Positions 40,696 to 51,908 of a stretch of DNA of 64,000 nt are shown one piece after another. The position numbers and the translations under genes were made by a program. The stretch is from an uncultured Pseudobdellovibrionaceae bacterium (GTDB lineage: Bacteria > Bdellovibrionota > Bdellovibrionia > Bdellovibrionales > UBA1609): NCBI GenBank assembly GCA_963803705.1, contig CAWDNU010000005.1:37881-101880 (forward strand). The letters run 5' to 3'. Under the pieces are notes generated by a model. That model was not told the DNA's origin, did no database searches, and saw only the letters and a list, made by a program, of their open reading frames with translations. Position 1 is the stretch's first letter, and every line of letters begins with the position of its first letter.

Positions 40696-42183
40696 CTAAT
40701 CTCTAGATTTAGGTTTCATAGTTGGAAAAAGCAAAATATCGCGGATCGAATGTTGATCCGTCAAAAGCATCACGATGCGCTCGATACCGATACCGACTCC
40801 ACCTGTGGGTGGCATACCGACTTCGATAGCGGTTATAAAGTCTTCGTCCATAGGTTGAGCTTCTTCATCTACAGTACGAAGTGCTTCTTGTTCAGATAAT
40901 CTTTTACGTTGCTCTTCAGGATCGTTTAGTTCCGAATAAGAATTTCCGATTTCCATTCCCGCACATATAGGCTCAAAACGTTCCACTAAACCCGGTAAAC
41001 TACGGTGAGACTTTGTCAGTGGCGATACCTCAACTGGAAAATCAATAATAAATGTGGGCTGTACGATCTTGGGCTCAACGGTGTGATCAAAAAGCTCCAT
41101 GATCAAGTGACCCTTTGATAAAGACTTATCATTTATAAATTTAAGGTCGTACTTTTTGATTTCTGTTTCGATCTGACTAGATGACGCTATAGACACATCA
41201 AAGTCTGCATATTTTTTTATAGCATCATTAACACTTATTCTAGTCCAAGGTGGCTTAAAATCAATTTCTTGACCCTGATAGGTCACCTTTGTGTTCCCAG
41301 TTGCTTCCTTAGCCACATAAGCTACGATGTTCTCGAAGCGCTTCATTTGATCCAAGTAATCAGTATAAGCTTCGTACCATTCAAGCATCGTGAACTCTGG
41401 GTTATGAGACCTATCTATGCCTTCGTTTCGAAAGTTTTTTCCGATTTCATAAACTTTTTCAAAACCACCAACTATTAATCGTTTTAAATAAAGTTCAGGG
41501 CTGATCTTTAAAAACAGTTTCATATCTAAGGCACGGTGCTGTGTAGAAAATGGGTAGGCAGCGGCACCACCGTAGATTGGTTGCAACACCGGTGTTTCGA
41601 CCTCTAGAAAGTTTTCAGAATCTAGATAGTTTCTAAAAGATTTTATTATTTTAGATCTGGTTTCAAAAACTTTGCGACTGTCGGGACTCATGATCAAGTC
41701 TAAGTAGCGCTGGCGATATTTGATCTCAACATCAGCAATGCCATGATATTTTTCGGGTAAGGGTTCAACGCTTTTACAAATGATTTTAAACTCTTGAACA
41801 TGTAAAGAAAGCTCACCTTTTCTAGTTTTAAAAAGATAACCTGTAACACCGACAATGTCGCCAATATCTAAAAGATCAAAATGTTGCTGGTCCTCAATGC
41901 TTAATTCTGAAACTTTGACGTAAGCCTGTATGTTTCCAGACTGATCTGTCACATTAAAGAATGCCGCTTTACCCATAGGACGTTTTGTCATTAATCGCCC
42001 TGCTACTGTAGCCTTCAAATCTTCTTTGATAGCTCCGGCTTCGAATTCTGAGTCTTTAAGCAGTAGTTCACAAATTTGATGAGTTCGTTTAAAATTATGA
42101 GGATAAGGATCGATCCCGGCAATTCTTAAATCATTTAATTTTTTAAATTTTTCTGCCCGTATTGGATTGTCTTTTGTGCTCAT
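40696..42183 (-). CDS. lysS: Lysine--tRNA ligase (class II)
   Basis: YRQRYLDL, FRNEG..HNPEF and GMPPTGGVGIGIER. Confidence 0.97.
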   Translation of the reverse strand: MSTKDNPIRAEKFKKLNDLRIAGIDPYPHNFKRTHQICELLLKDSEFEAGAIKEDLKATVAGRLMTKRPMGKAAFFNVTDQSGNIQAYVKVSELSIEDQQHFDLLDIGDIVGVTGYLFKTRKGELSLHVQEFKIICKSVEPLPEKYHGIADVEIKYRQRYLDLIMSPDSRKVFETRSKIIKSFRNYLDSENFLEVETPVLQPIYGGAAAYPFSTQHRALDMKLFLKISPELYLKRLIVGGFEKVYEIGKNFRNEGIDRSHNPEFTMLEWYEAYTDYLDQMKRFENIVAYVAKEATGNTKVTYQGQEIDFKPPWTRISVNDAIKKYADFDVSIASSSQIETEIKKYDLKFINDKSLSKGHLIMELFDHTVEPKIVQPTFIIDFPVEVSPLTKSHRSLPGLVERFEPICAGMEIGNSYSELNDPEEQRKRLSEQEALRTVDEEAQPMDEDFITAIEVGMPPTGGVGIGIERIVMLLTDQHSIRDILLFPTMKPKSRD

Positions 42184-42261
42184 CTTTTTTGCCTTATTTT
42201 TTTGATGTAATTTTCTTATATACGGTTAGCTGTAAGCGAAGAGCCCACTAAAAAGTTTACC

Positions 42262-43182
42262 CTACTTTCCGCTGTAAATATCCATGATGTTATTAAGAAG
42301 TTTTATAGATTCATCCTTCGGCCTCTGAAAGGCATTTCGTCCTACAATACTACCAAAACCACCACCTTGAGCTATACCTTTAATTTCTTCAAGAATATCT
42401 GCTTCACTTTTTGCTTCGCCTCCACTGAATATTACAATGCGCTTACCGTTGAAAGCAGACTGAAGCACAAGTCTAATTCGATCTGACATTGTCGATATTT
42501 TAATTCCATTTTTTTCTATGGCGTCTTTATTAGGTTTTTGTTCGATAAATCCTGTGGGTGGTTTGACTTTTATAATGTGTGCACCCAATTGAGCTGCAAT
42601 TTGAGCTGCATAGCAAATTACATCAATGCCAGTTTCACCTTCTTTCGAAAGTTGTTCACCTCTGGCATAGGACCATATCACAACCACTAAGCCAGATTCC
42701 CGAGCGTATCTAGAAGCTTCAGCGATCTCTTCATACATTTGCTTTCTATCAGCACTACCGGGATAAATTGTAAATCCAATTCCCACACATCCAAGTTCTA
42801 GAGCTTCGTCCACATAGGATGTCATTGCAGAAATTGGTGCATCTTTATCAGAAAATAACGAATCAGAATTGTTTATTTTCAAGATTAACGGAACTTGCCC
42901 TGCATATCTTGCGGCACCTGCTTTTAATGATCCATAAGGGGCAGCATAAGCATTACAGCCGGACTCAATAGCTAATTCAAAATGGTAATATGGATCGTAA
43001 GCATCGGGATTCATCCCAAAAGTTCGAATTGGCCCGTGTTCAAAGGCTTGATCAACGGGAAGAATAACCATTTTACCAGTGCCTGCAAGCCGACCATGAT
43101 TCATAATACGAGACAGGTTAGTTAAAACCCCTGGGTTTTCAGTTTCATACCAACCTAATATTTCGCGCACTCTCAGTGTCAA
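42262..43182 (-). CDS. fbaB: Class I fructose-bisphosphate aldolase (DhnA/FbaB)
   Basis: ILPVDQ, FTIYPGS, LGAHIIKVK and GSIVGRNAFQ; TTG start at 43182 after GGAGG. Confidence 0.9.
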   Translation of the reverse strand: MTLRVREILGWYETENPGVLTNLSRIMNHGRLAGTGKMVILPVDQAFEHGPIRTFGMNPDAYDPYYHFELAIESGCNAYAAPYGSLKAGAARYAGQVPLILKINNSDSLFSDKDAPISAMTSYVDEALELGCVGIGFTIYPGSADRKQMYEEIAEASRYARESGLVVVIWSYARGEQLSKEGETGIDVICYAAQIAAQLGAHIIKVKPPTGFIEQKPNKDAIEKNGIKISTMSDRIRLVLQSAFNGKRIVIFSGGEAKSEADILEEIKGIAQGGGFGSIVGRNAFQRPKDESIKLLNNIMDIYSGK

Positions 43183-43297
43183 TATTACCTCCAGCTTTGT
43201 ATACAAGACTTTTAAATCTCGTATAAACTAGCTTTGGAGTCAATTAGCTGTTTAAAACTTACTATGACTAAAATCGGTGATTTCGAAAGCCTAAATT

Positions 43298-44488
43298 TTA
43301 ATCTCCGTTGTTTTGGAGTTTAAAGGGCTGAGTAATCTTAGTTCCGTTTGTCATCTCTAAAGGCTGCTCATATTTGAATTCAAAAGACGAAAGTTCAGAA
43401 AAGTTTTCAAAGAACTTAAGACACAATTCACGCTGTAATTCTGTACTGCTAGCTTCCGGTAGTAAAGTTATGAAGATGTTATTTCCAGAAGTGGTCAACT
43501 GTGATTTGAGTGGACAATCGGTAGAAATATTCAAATCCGTTATAGAATTTATAGTTCCTGGTGAGTCATGTCTCAATCCATATATTGGACTGTTACGGCT
43601 CACCGAACTTATGATTTTTAGCGACGGAATTCTTTGAATCCCTATAAGTTCTATGCGTAAGTTGCTAGAGCCAAATTCAATTAAATTATAGGCCAAAGTA
43701 TTTGAGGAAGCGGGGGAATCAGCTGCCTCAGACGTGGGACGTGCGGCCACCGCAGGTGGCAGGTCTGCTCGGGGTTCTTCAGTTCTTCGAATAGTTGGAA
43801 TTGGAGCATCTTTTTCGATGGTGCTTGGTTGGATGGGCCTCAACTCAGGGCGATCGTAAACACAAAGGTCGACAACATCATTGGTTCCTTTAATTGTCGC
43901 AAAACAGTCGCTGGCGTCTACAGAATAATAATCCGTTAATGATCCCTGTGAAGCTACAAGATCAGCCCACATATCGCTGTATTTTGTATGCTTAGGGCTT
44001 TGAGAAGTTCTAGGGTTTGAAGGAAGTGGTCCACCAATATAATGATCGTCATAACGATCGTCGATCGCACCCTTAGAGTTAGTGTTTCCGCTAGAGTAGT
44101 CATCTTTACCTGCAGAGTAATCTTCAATAAAAATATCAGCACTTCCTGTACCGTCTAACTTAGGCGGAATTGAATTTAAATGATCATTTCTGTTCCCTGA
44201 ATTACGAGGATCGTTACAGCCGTGCCGATAAAACTCGTTTTGCAATTCATTGTATAGACAACCCACATTTCTTGCTTCGAAAGCAAGGAACTCGCAGACT
44301 TTGGCTTGTGAAGAAAATGACTTTTTGATCTGTTCCCTGCAATGAGGCACTTTAATAGTCACTCGATACTTTTTACCGCCCCCGCTGGAGTCAGAGCTAC
44401 AGCCCGTAAAAATTAATGCAAATCCCAAGATGAAAGTTGTCTTGAATTCAAGAGCACTTAATTGCTTAAAGCCGTTTAAAATATTCAT
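43298..44488 (-). CDS. Hypothetical Cys-containing lipoprotein
   Basis: ATG 44488 after AAGGAG; lipobox FTGC; Pro-rich linker. Confidence 0.7.
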   Translation of the reverse strand: MNILNGFKQLSALEFKTTFILGFALIFTGCSSDSSGGGKKYRVTIKVPHCREQIKKSFSSQAKVCEFLAFEARNVGCLYNELQNEFYRHGCNDPRNSGNRNDHLNSIPPKLDGTGSADIFIEDYSAGKDDYSSGNTNSKGAIDDRYDDHYIGGPLPSNPRTSQSPKHTKYSDMWADLVASQGSLTDYYSVDASDCFATIKGTNDVVDLCVYDRPELRPIQPSTIEKDAPIPTIRRTEEPRADLPPAVAARPTSEAADSPASSNTLAYNLIEFGSSNLRIELIGIQRIPSLKIISSVSRNSPIYGLRHDSPGTINSITDLNISTDCPLKSQLTTSGNNIFITLLPEASSTELQRELCLKFFENFSELSSFEFKYEQPLEMTNGTKITQPFKLQNNGD

Positions 44489-44563
44489 CACAAAAAACTC
44501 CTTTTTTCGCCGCCCTAACAGTGTGGCTGTAGATTCAGGGCAGTTTCTATTTATTGATAGAAA

Positions 44564-44579
44564 AGCAAACCTCGGGCCA
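44564..44579 (-). promoter_or_regulatory. Sigma54 -24/-12 promoter
   Basis: TGGCCCGAGGTTTGCT (GG-N10-GC), about 75 nt upstream of ATG 44488. Confidence 0.7.
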
Positions 44580-44826
44580 AACTTAACTTGTGAGATCAGA
44601 GTAAAGAGGGTGTGCAGCTTGAATTTTTCAATTTTTGAGCTCAAAATGAGCCCTCAGCATACAAAAATAAGCCGTAAGTAAGCTTAGCAGAAGCCTAAAA
44701 TCTGCAAGCCAACGCTAATTAAATGCTAGTACATGGTACAAATAGTGTAATAAGTACATATCACAGTGACACAGATTGATAATGCGTGTCAAAAATGATA
44801 ATTTTTTCATCTCCTGAGGAGGATAA

Positions 44827-45336
44827 ATGCTTACATTTAAAGTTGGTGATAACGCAGTTTACCCAGGTCATGGTGTTGGACAAGTAACATCTATTGAAGA
44901 AAAAGAAATTTTCGGAACTAAGCAGCAGTTCTATTCCGTAAAAATTATTGAAAGCGGAATGAAAGTTATGGTTCCAGCTAGCAACATTAAGTCAGTAGGT
45001 TTAAGGCCTATTATAAACAGTGATGACGCAGGCAAAGTCATCACGATTTTAAAGCAGAAATCTACCAAAGTAGATAACCAAACATGGAACCGAAGGTACC
45101 GAGAATATATGGAGAAGATAAAAACAGGTTCTGTTTTTGAAATTGCCGAGGTTCTAAGAGACCTTTTTTCGCTTAGATGTGAAAAAGATCTAAGTTTCGG
45201 AGAGAAAAACTTGCTCGAGCAAGCCAAGGGTTTACTTTGGAAAGAATTAAAATTAGCTATCGACGAAGAAACTTTGAATTCTAAGGAAGTCACTGATATC
45301 TTTGGCGATGATGAAAACCAACAGCCAAGAAAGTAA
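44827..45336 (+). CDS. carD: CarD/CdnL-family transcription factor
   Basis: FKVGDNAVYPGHGVG, MKVMVP, VGLR and TWNRRYRE. Confidence 0.92.
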   Translation: MLTFKVGDNAVYPGHGVGQVTSIEEKEIFGTKQQFYSVKIIESGMKVMVPASNIKSVGLRPIINSDDAGKVITILKQKSTKVDNQTWNRRYREYMEKIKTGSVFEIAEVLRDLFSLRCEKDLSFGEKNLLEQAKGLLWKELKLAIDEETLNSKEVTDIFGDDENQQPRK

Positions 45337-46819
45337 AACTAATAATCCTATAAATGATACGCAAAAAAATGACAAAGTCAGAGTCCGATTTGCTCCAAGT
45401 CCAACTGGTTATCTCCACGTTGGCGGAGCCAGAACGGCTCTTTACAATTTTTTATTAGCTAAAGCTAATGGTGGCGACTTTATCATTCGTGTTGAAGACA
45501 CAGACGAGGAAAGAAGTCAGAGTGACTACTTAAAGTCCATGTTGCAAGATCTAAAGTGGTTGGGACTTGAATGGTCCGAAGGCCCAAACCTAGAATTAGA
45601 TGAAGTTGGCAGCTTTGGTCCCTATAAGCAAAGTCAAAGAAAAGCCATTTATAAAGAGCAGGCACAAAATTTGTTAGAAAAAGGGCAAGCTTATTATTGC
45701 TTTTTAACGGACGAAGAACTTGAAGTGCAACGAGACAAGGCCGTATCTGACGGAATAGCATTTAAACCAGATAGCCCGTATAGAAATTGGGCTTTAGATC
45801 AAGCTTTAGAAAAACTAAAAACAACGCCAGGAAGTGTTCGTTTTAAAAATGACTATGGTTCCAGAGACTTCATTTTTAAAGATATCGTGCGTGGTGAAAT
45901 AAAGTTTCCAGGGGATATGATTGGAGACTTCGTTTTGGTGCGTTCATCGGGTATGCCTGTGTATAACTTCGTATGCGCAATCGATGATGCTTTGATGAAA
46001 ATCTCCCATGTGTTTCGCGCAGAGGAACATTTAAGTAATACTCTTAAGCAGTTAATGATCTATGAAGCTTTAAATTTTCCAAAACCAGCATTTGGACATT
46101 TATCTATAATGCTTGGAAATGATCGACAAAAACTAAGCAAACGTCACGGAGCTACAAGTATTTTTGAATTTAAAGACAAAGGCTATTTACCTGAAGCACT
46201 TCTAAATTTTATGGCCCTAGTGGGCTGGAGCTCTCCTAGCGGTAATGAAATTTTAAGCTTAGAGGAAATGACAAAAGAATTCGACATGAATCGCTTTAAT
46301 CCAGCTTCTGCAGTGTTTGATATGGATAAATGCAAATGGATGAACTCTCAATATCTAAGACAATTGCCAGAACTGGAGCTTTGGAATCGCTTGGCCCCAT
46401 TTTTAGATAAAGCAAATTTAAAGTTCGTAGGGTCAGATGAGTGGAAGGTTAAAGTTTTACAAACTTATAAACAGAATATGGAAACCTTATTAGATGGCCC
46501 AGATGTCCTAAAGCCTTTAAGTGAAACTCCGTTAATTATTGAAGAGGACGCTAAAGAGGTCTTAACTTGGCCAAAATCAAAAGATCTAATTCGATTGATT
46601 CATCAGGAAGTTTCCAACATGGCATCAGAATACCCATCGGAAGATCTATTAGATAAAATCATGACTCGCGCAAAGTCAGAGTTTGATTTGAAGGGTAAGT
46701 TTTTATTCATGCCTATTCGAGTTGCTTTAATAGGTAAGGCTCACGGAACCGAAATTAAAGATTTATTTCCCCTGCTTCGCAAAGAAGTTATTTTAGGTCG
46801 AGTCGAGAGTTTGATATAA
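45308..46819 (+). CDS. gltX: Glutamate--tRNA ligase
   Basis: RFAPSPTGYLHVGG, RVEDTD and KLSKRHG; start overlaps the carD 3' end. Confidence 0.95.
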   Translation: MMKTNSQESKTNNPINDTQKNDKVRVRFAPSPTGYLHVGGARTALYNFLLAKANGGDFIIRVEDTDEERSQSDYLKSMLQDLKWLGLEWSEGPNLELDEVGSFGPYKQSQRKAIYKEQAQNLLEKGQAYYCFLTDEELEVQRDKAVSDGIAFKPDSPYRNWALDQALEKLKTTPGSVRFKNDYGSRDFIFKDIVRGEIKFPGDMIGDFVLVRSSGMPVYNFVCAIDDALMKISHVFRAEEHLSNTLKQLMIYEALNFPKPAFGHLSIMLGNDRQKLSKRHGATSIFEFKDKGYLPEALLNFMALVGWSSPSGNEILSLEEMTKEFDMNRFNPASAVFDMDKCKWMNSQYLRQLPELELWNRLAPFLDKANLKFVGSDEWKVKVLQTYKQNMETLLDGPDVLKPLSETPLIIEEDAKEVLTWPKSKDLIRLIHQEVSNMASEYPSEDLLDKIMTRAKSEFDLKGKFLFMPIRVALIGKAHGTEIKDLFPLLRKEVILGRVESLI

Positions 46820-46854
46820 CCAATGACGAATCTATAAATATTTCAAAATAAATA

Positions 46855-48914
46855 ATGGACGTATTTACAATGAACGTAACAAAAGAGCGGCAAAAAGGGG
46901 GATCGGATTTAAAAATTAAGTCAGACTTTATACCTGCCGGGGATCAACCTAAGGCGATTGAACAGATTTTAAATAGCTTTGAACAGGGAATGAATCATCA
47001 AACCCTATTAGGTGTAACTGGTTCTGGAAAAACATTTACTATGGCAAATGTTATTCAAACATTAAATGTTCCCACCCTAATTCTTGCCCCTAACAAAACC
47101 TTAGCAGCTCAGTTGTACTCTGAATTCAAAGAGTTTTTTCCAGATAACGCTGTGGAATACTTTGTTAGCTACTACGATTATTATCAGCCAGAAGCTTATA
47201 TACCTTCAACAGACACTTTCATCGAAAAAGACTCAGCCATCAATGAGCATATTGATCGCATGAGGCATTCAGCAACTCGCTCTTTATTTGATCGAAAGGA
47301 TGTGATCATTGTAAGCAGTGTATCCTGCATTTATGGTCTAGGTTCACCTGAATCCTACGAAGATATGATGATCCGTATTTCTGCAAACTCAAAAATGAGA
47401 CGCGATGATTTTTCTAAGAGAATTAGTAAGAATTCAATATAACCGAAGTGACGTGGATTTCCATAGAGGCACTTTCCGTGTGCGTGGCGACTTAGTAGAG
47501 ATTCACCCTTCGTATGAAGAAGATGATGTTTTGAGGGTAGAATTTTTTGGCGACTTTATCGATAGGATATCTTGGGTGGATCCGATTCGTGGTCTAGTCA
47601 AAAAAGAAGTTGATAAAACAGCCATATACCCTGCGAGTCATTATGTAACTTCAAAAGAGCGAATAAAAACTGCCATTAAAGATATTCAGGATGAACTTAG
47701 AGAACGGCTTGATTTTTTAAAAAAAGATTTGCGCTACGCTGAAGCAGAGCGATTAGAAAAAAGAACTTATCATGATATCGAAATTTTAGAAGAAATGGGG
47801 TTTTGTCCTGGAATCGAAAACTATTCTAGACACATGACTGGACGGCCATCAGGAATGGCTCCACCAACATTGCTTGAATACTTTTCTAAGAATTTTTTAA
47901 CAATAATAGATGAGAGCCATGTAACTGTTCCTCAAATCGGAGGAATGTATCGTGGTGACCGAGCAAGAAAAATGAATTTAGTAGAGCACGGTTTTAGACT
48001 TCCATCCGCTTTAGATAATAGACCTTTGAACTTTCAAGAGTTTGAAGGATTAACCGGTAAAACAGTTTATGTTTCTGCAACTCCAGGAGATTACGAGTTT
48101 CAAAAGTGCGAAGGACACTATAGTAGAGCAGATTATTAGACCCACAGGCTTGCTAGACCCAGTGATTCGAATTAAGCCTGCCAAAAATCAATTAGATGAT
48201 TTACTAATTGAAGTTTATAAGCGAGTTGAAAAAAAGCAAAGAGTTCTCGTGACCACTTTGACAAAAAAAAGTGCCGAAGACTTATCAGATTATTTTTCTA
48301 GAAAGAATGTAAAAGTTAAATATTTACACAGCGATATCAAAACAGTTGAAAGAACAGAAATTATTCGAGATCTAAGATTAGGGGTTTTTGATGTGCTTGT
48401 CGGCATCAACTTACTTAGGGAAGGTTTAGATATACCAGAGGTAAGTTTAGTGGCTATCACTGACGCTGATAAAGAGGGGTTTTTGAGGTCAGTAAGATCA
48501 TTGATTCAAACCATAGGACGGGCAGCCCGCAATGTAGAGGGTGAAGTTATACTGTATGCAGATGTCGAAACGGATTCTATTAAAAAAGCTGTGTCTGAAA
48601 CTTATCGTAGAAGAGAAATTCAAGACAAATTTAATAAAGAAAACGGAATCACCCCCAAAACTATTTTTAAAAAAGTAAGACGTGGCTTAATGGAAGTTTA
48701 CGACCCTACACTTACAATTGAAGATGGTTTTGAGTTTGAAAAGCTTGCTCTGAAATACGAGAAAAAACCTAGCTTGTTGCAAAAAGAGATCAACAAATTA
48801 AAGAAAAAAATGCAGAAGCTGTCCGCTAAACTGGATTTTGAAGAGGCCGCTAAAGTTCGAGACGAAATAAAACGGCTGCAAATTTTAGAACTAGAAATCA
48901 GGGATCCAGGGTGA
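46855..48914 (+). CDS. uvrB: Excinuclease ABC subunit UvrB (two +1 frameshifts near 47411 and 48115)
   Basis: [29 protein letters not shown] and a UVR domain spread over three ORFs. Confidence 0.93.
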
Positions 48915-49270
48915 ACGCTATGAGATTTTATATTTTAAAAACCGTATCAGTAGTTTTGTTTTTAGCAATTTTTGGCGGTCAAAGTATATTTGCTTATTCG
49001 ATATCGGAAATTGATATTGTTGTTAAAGAGGCACTTGTGCACAACCCAGATATTGAAAAGGTTTTAGGCCAAGAAATATCCTTCGACCAAGTTGTACTGA
49101 CTGGCTTCCTCAAAAATGACAATCCAGACAAATGTTTGGTAAAAGTCCAAGGTTACATCATGAGCTCTGTGGATTTGGGATCATTACGTGTAGGCGTATT
49201 TATAGTTTGTGTCGTTGAAGATCAGCAGGATCAATTAGCGGCAGAAGTCTACGAGCTTAGTGCTTTATAA
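48911..49270 (+). CDS. Hypothetical secreted protein
   Basis: Signal peptide (SIFA); GTGA overlap with uvrB. Confidence 0.6.
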   Translation: MNAMRFYILKTVSVVLFLAIFGGQSIFAYSISEIDIVVKEALVHNPDIEKVLGQEISFDQVVLTGFLKNDNPDKCLVKVQGYIMSSVDLGSLRVGVFIVCVVEDQQDQLAAEVYELSAL

Positions 49271-49906
49271 ATATCTAGAGCAAGAGCTTGAAGAAATTTT
49301 TTTGAACAAACTATCTGGTATATTTTTAGCTTTTTTAAAACCTAATTTTCTTCGAGCGTACCAATAAATATCACTAGGAGATAAACCTAGCTGCCCCCTA
49401 TGGCTAGCTGCCCCAGTTTTTTGCCAATTGGAGGAATTAAATCTCATTTTTGAAGGTGTCATATTCAGAGCCTGGCCTACGAGCTTAGAGCAATATGTTT
49501 CCGTAAAACTCTTCCACGGCGCAAATATGTTAAAGTTCATATGTAGCTGACGAGCTATAAATTCAGGCGAAGGTTCTATGTAACTTGTGTTTTCTAAAAG
49601 TACAAAGTCTGGTCCAAGATTTTTTAGGTCCTTTGACACAGTCACGCCGTAGTAGGGGTGAGCGTGAAGCCATGACCCACCTACACTTATGGCGGCATGA
49701 GAATAAAGCCCCTCGAATACAATAGGTTCACCATTAGGACTAAAGCTTTTAAAAAAAACAATTTGAGTCGCCCAAGCACCTGAAATACAAAAAAACAATT
49801 GTGACAGCAATAGTAGGACTAAAATTAATGCTTTAGAATTTCGGTTTTCTAACGCAAAAGTTTTACAAGTATCTAAAGTGCTTGAGTTGTTTTTATGATT
49901 ACACAT
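49265..49906 (-). CDS. Permuted papain-like (YiiX/YebB-type NlpC/P60) secreted amidase
   Basis: YSHAAI and YCSKLV (His before Cys); signal-like segment ending SGAWA; start trimmed to ATG 49906. Confidence 0.7.
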   Translation of the reverse strand: MCNHKNNSSTLDTCKTFALENRNSKALILVLLLLSQLFFCISGAWATQIVFFKSFSPNGEPIVFEGLYSHAAISVGGSWLHAHPYYGVTVSKDLKNLGPDFVLLENTSYIEPSPEFIARQLHMNFNIFAPWKSFTETYCSKLVGQALNMTPSKMRFNSSNWQKTGAASHRGQLGLSPSDIYWYARRKLGFKKAKNIPDSLFKKISSSSCSRYL

Positions 49907-49973
49907 CTCATTTTTAATATTTGCTCTAATTGTTCTGGTCAATGACGAGTTTAAAATGTCACAATGACCACCG

Positions 49974-51908
49974 ATGGCCAAGACCAAAAAAAACCAACCA
50001 TTAACAGCAAAAATGCCGTCTGTTTTGTCAACGGCTAAAGCCCAGGTAAAACTAGAGCAATTAAGAGCCCTAACATCGACCCTGACTAAAGAGCCAGGAG
50101 TGTATTTGATGAAAAATGCGGCTGATGTCATTGTTTATGTGGGTAAAGCAAAAAATTTACGTAATAGAGTAAAAAGTTATTTTCTTTCTAGTAAAGACAT
50201 GCCAACCCGAACAAAGCATATGGTGCGGCAAGTAGACCACTTTGACTACATTGTGACCCAAACAGAAGTTGAGGCCTTTTTACTTGAAGCAAGCCTTATC
50301 AAAAAGCATAGACCAAAATATAATATCAGACTTAAAGATGATAAAACCTATCCGTATATTAAGTGCTCGCTAACTGATAAATTTCCAAGGTTTTATTTGG
50401 CCAGAAGAGTAAAGGCTGACAAGTCCTACTATTATGGACCATACACAAATTCACTGGCTGTTAGAATTACGATGCAATTTTTAAATCAGACTTTTATGAT
50501 CAGAGACTGTAGTAATGGTTTTATGAAAACTAGAAAAAGACCTTGTTTGACCTACGATATGGGCCGATGTACGGCGCCTTGTGTGAATCTTGTTGACGAA
50601 AAGAAATACAATTCTAACATAAAAAAATCGCTAGCATTTTTAGAAGGTCAACAGGATAAAACTGTCAAAGTGCTAGAAAAGCAGATGAATGTTTTTGCTA
50701 AGCAAGAAAACTTTGAAGTGGCTGCAAAAGTCAGAGACCAGATAAAATCAATTCAATCTATTCTGGAAAAACAAACAGTAGTATCTCAAGATCAAACGGA
50801 CATAGATCTGATGACAATGTTCAATGAAGAGCTAGGTTCCCTAGTAGAGATCGTATCGGTCCGAAAAGGTAGGGTTATCGGAAGTCGACCTTACTTTTTT
50901 AATAAAAATAATATGGGTGCAGACTATGAGGACGAAAGACACTGGTTTGTTTCTTTTCTTAATCATTACTATGATGATAATTATGTGCCAGATCGTATTG
51001 TAATACCAATCGACCTCGGGATAGAGCTTTTAAATTTATTTTTAAAAGTTTTAGAAAGTAGAACGGGAAGAAAGGTAAGCTTGGACCACGTTTCTCTTGA
51101 AAAAGAGAAAGCACTTTTATTATTGGCCGAAAAAAATGCTAAAATTCATTTCGAGAAACAAGCTTTGCTCACAGCAAAAAAAGACGAAGGGCTTAAACTG
51201 ATTCAAGAAAAATTCAAGTTGCAAGAATTCCCACGCCGAATTGAATGTTACGATATATCTAATTTTCAGGGTTACGAAAGCGTGGCAAGCCAAGTGGTCT
51301 TTTTTGACGGACAACCTAGTCGCGACGACTACAGAAAGTACAAAATTAAAACCGTTATTGGTCCTAACGATTTCGAATCGATGAAAGAGGTCTTATCCAG
51401 ACGTTTTGCACACAAAGAGCTACCCGACCCACAATTGATTCTAGTTGATGGTGGAAAAGGTCAACTTAAAATGGCGTGTGAAGCTTTAATTGAAGTTGGG
51501 CGTTCTGATATACCAGTGGCTGGGATTGCAAAATCTCGTACTGAATCTTCGTTTACAAGTTCAGATGTAAACTCCACTGAAGAGCGCTTTTTCTTACCTG
51601 GCCGCCAAAACCCCGTAGTCTTCAGAGACAACACCGAAGCTTTTCGAATCTTAGTGTCCCTAAGAGATGAGGCGCATAGATTTGCCATCGAATTTCATAG
51701 AAAGCTTAGAGATAAAAAAAGTTTAGCCAGTATTCTTGACCATATCCCCGGCCTCGGGCCAAAAAAAAGAGAAGAGCTAGATACTGCCTTCCCTACGCTT
51801 GAGCATTTAAAAGCAGCCACCTACGAACAAATTTTAAACACTCCACGCATAGATAAAAAATTAGCTATGACTCTTTTCCAACTGTTTAACACAGACCAGG
51901 GTGCGTAG
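49974..51908 (+). CDS. uvrC: Excinuclease ABC subunit UvrC
   Basis: PGVY, YVGKAKNL, IECYDIS, VDGGKGQ, RDEAHRFA and HhH. Confidence 0.97.
   Translation: MAKTKKNQPLTAKMPSVLSTAKAQVKLEQLRALTSTLTKEPGVYLMKNAADVIVYVGKAKNLRNRVKSYFLSSKDMPTRTKHMVRQVDHFDYIVTQTEVEAFLLEASLIKKHRPKYNIRLKDDKTYPYIKCSLTDKFPRFYLARRVKADKSYYYGPYTNSLAVRITMQFLNQTFMIRDCSNGFMKTRKRPCLTYDMGRCTAPCVNLVDEKKYNSNIKKSLAFLEGQQDKTVKVLEKQMNVFAKQENFEVAAKVRDQIKSIQSILEKQTVVSQDQTDIDLMTMFNEELGSLVEIVSVRKGRVIGSRPYFFNKNNMGADYEDERHWFVSFLNHYYDDNYVPDRIVIPIDLGIELLNLFLKVLESRTGRKVSLDHVSLEKEKALLLLAEKNAKIHFEKQALLTAKKDEGLKLIQEKFKLQEFPRRIECYDISNFQGYESVASQVVFFDGQPSRDDYRKYKIKTVIGPNDFESMKEVLSRRFAHKELPDPQLILVDGGKGQLKMACEALIEVGRSDIPVAGIAKSRTESSFTSSDVNSTEERFFLPGRQNPVVFRDNTEAFRILVSLRDEAHRFAIEFHRKLRDKKSLASILDHIPGLGPKKREELDTAFPTLEHLKAATYEQILNTPRIDKKLAMTLFQLFNTDQGA

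Noticed and set aside
44489..44644. N-terminal extensions in the ORF track (44644, 50131, 53715, 60025, 2703, 61082)
   Set aside because: Downstream starts have RBS or signal peptides, and the extensions overlap promoters, repeats or neighbouring genes.
46863..46877. LexA-box-like ATTTAC half-site at the uvrB start
   Set aside because: The second half is not palindromic; too weak to call.
47400..48120. Programmed ribosomal frameshifting in uvrB, pyrG or xerD
   Set aside because: No X XXY YYZ slippery heptamers, and similar lesions occur in many unrelated genes; sequencing error is simpler.
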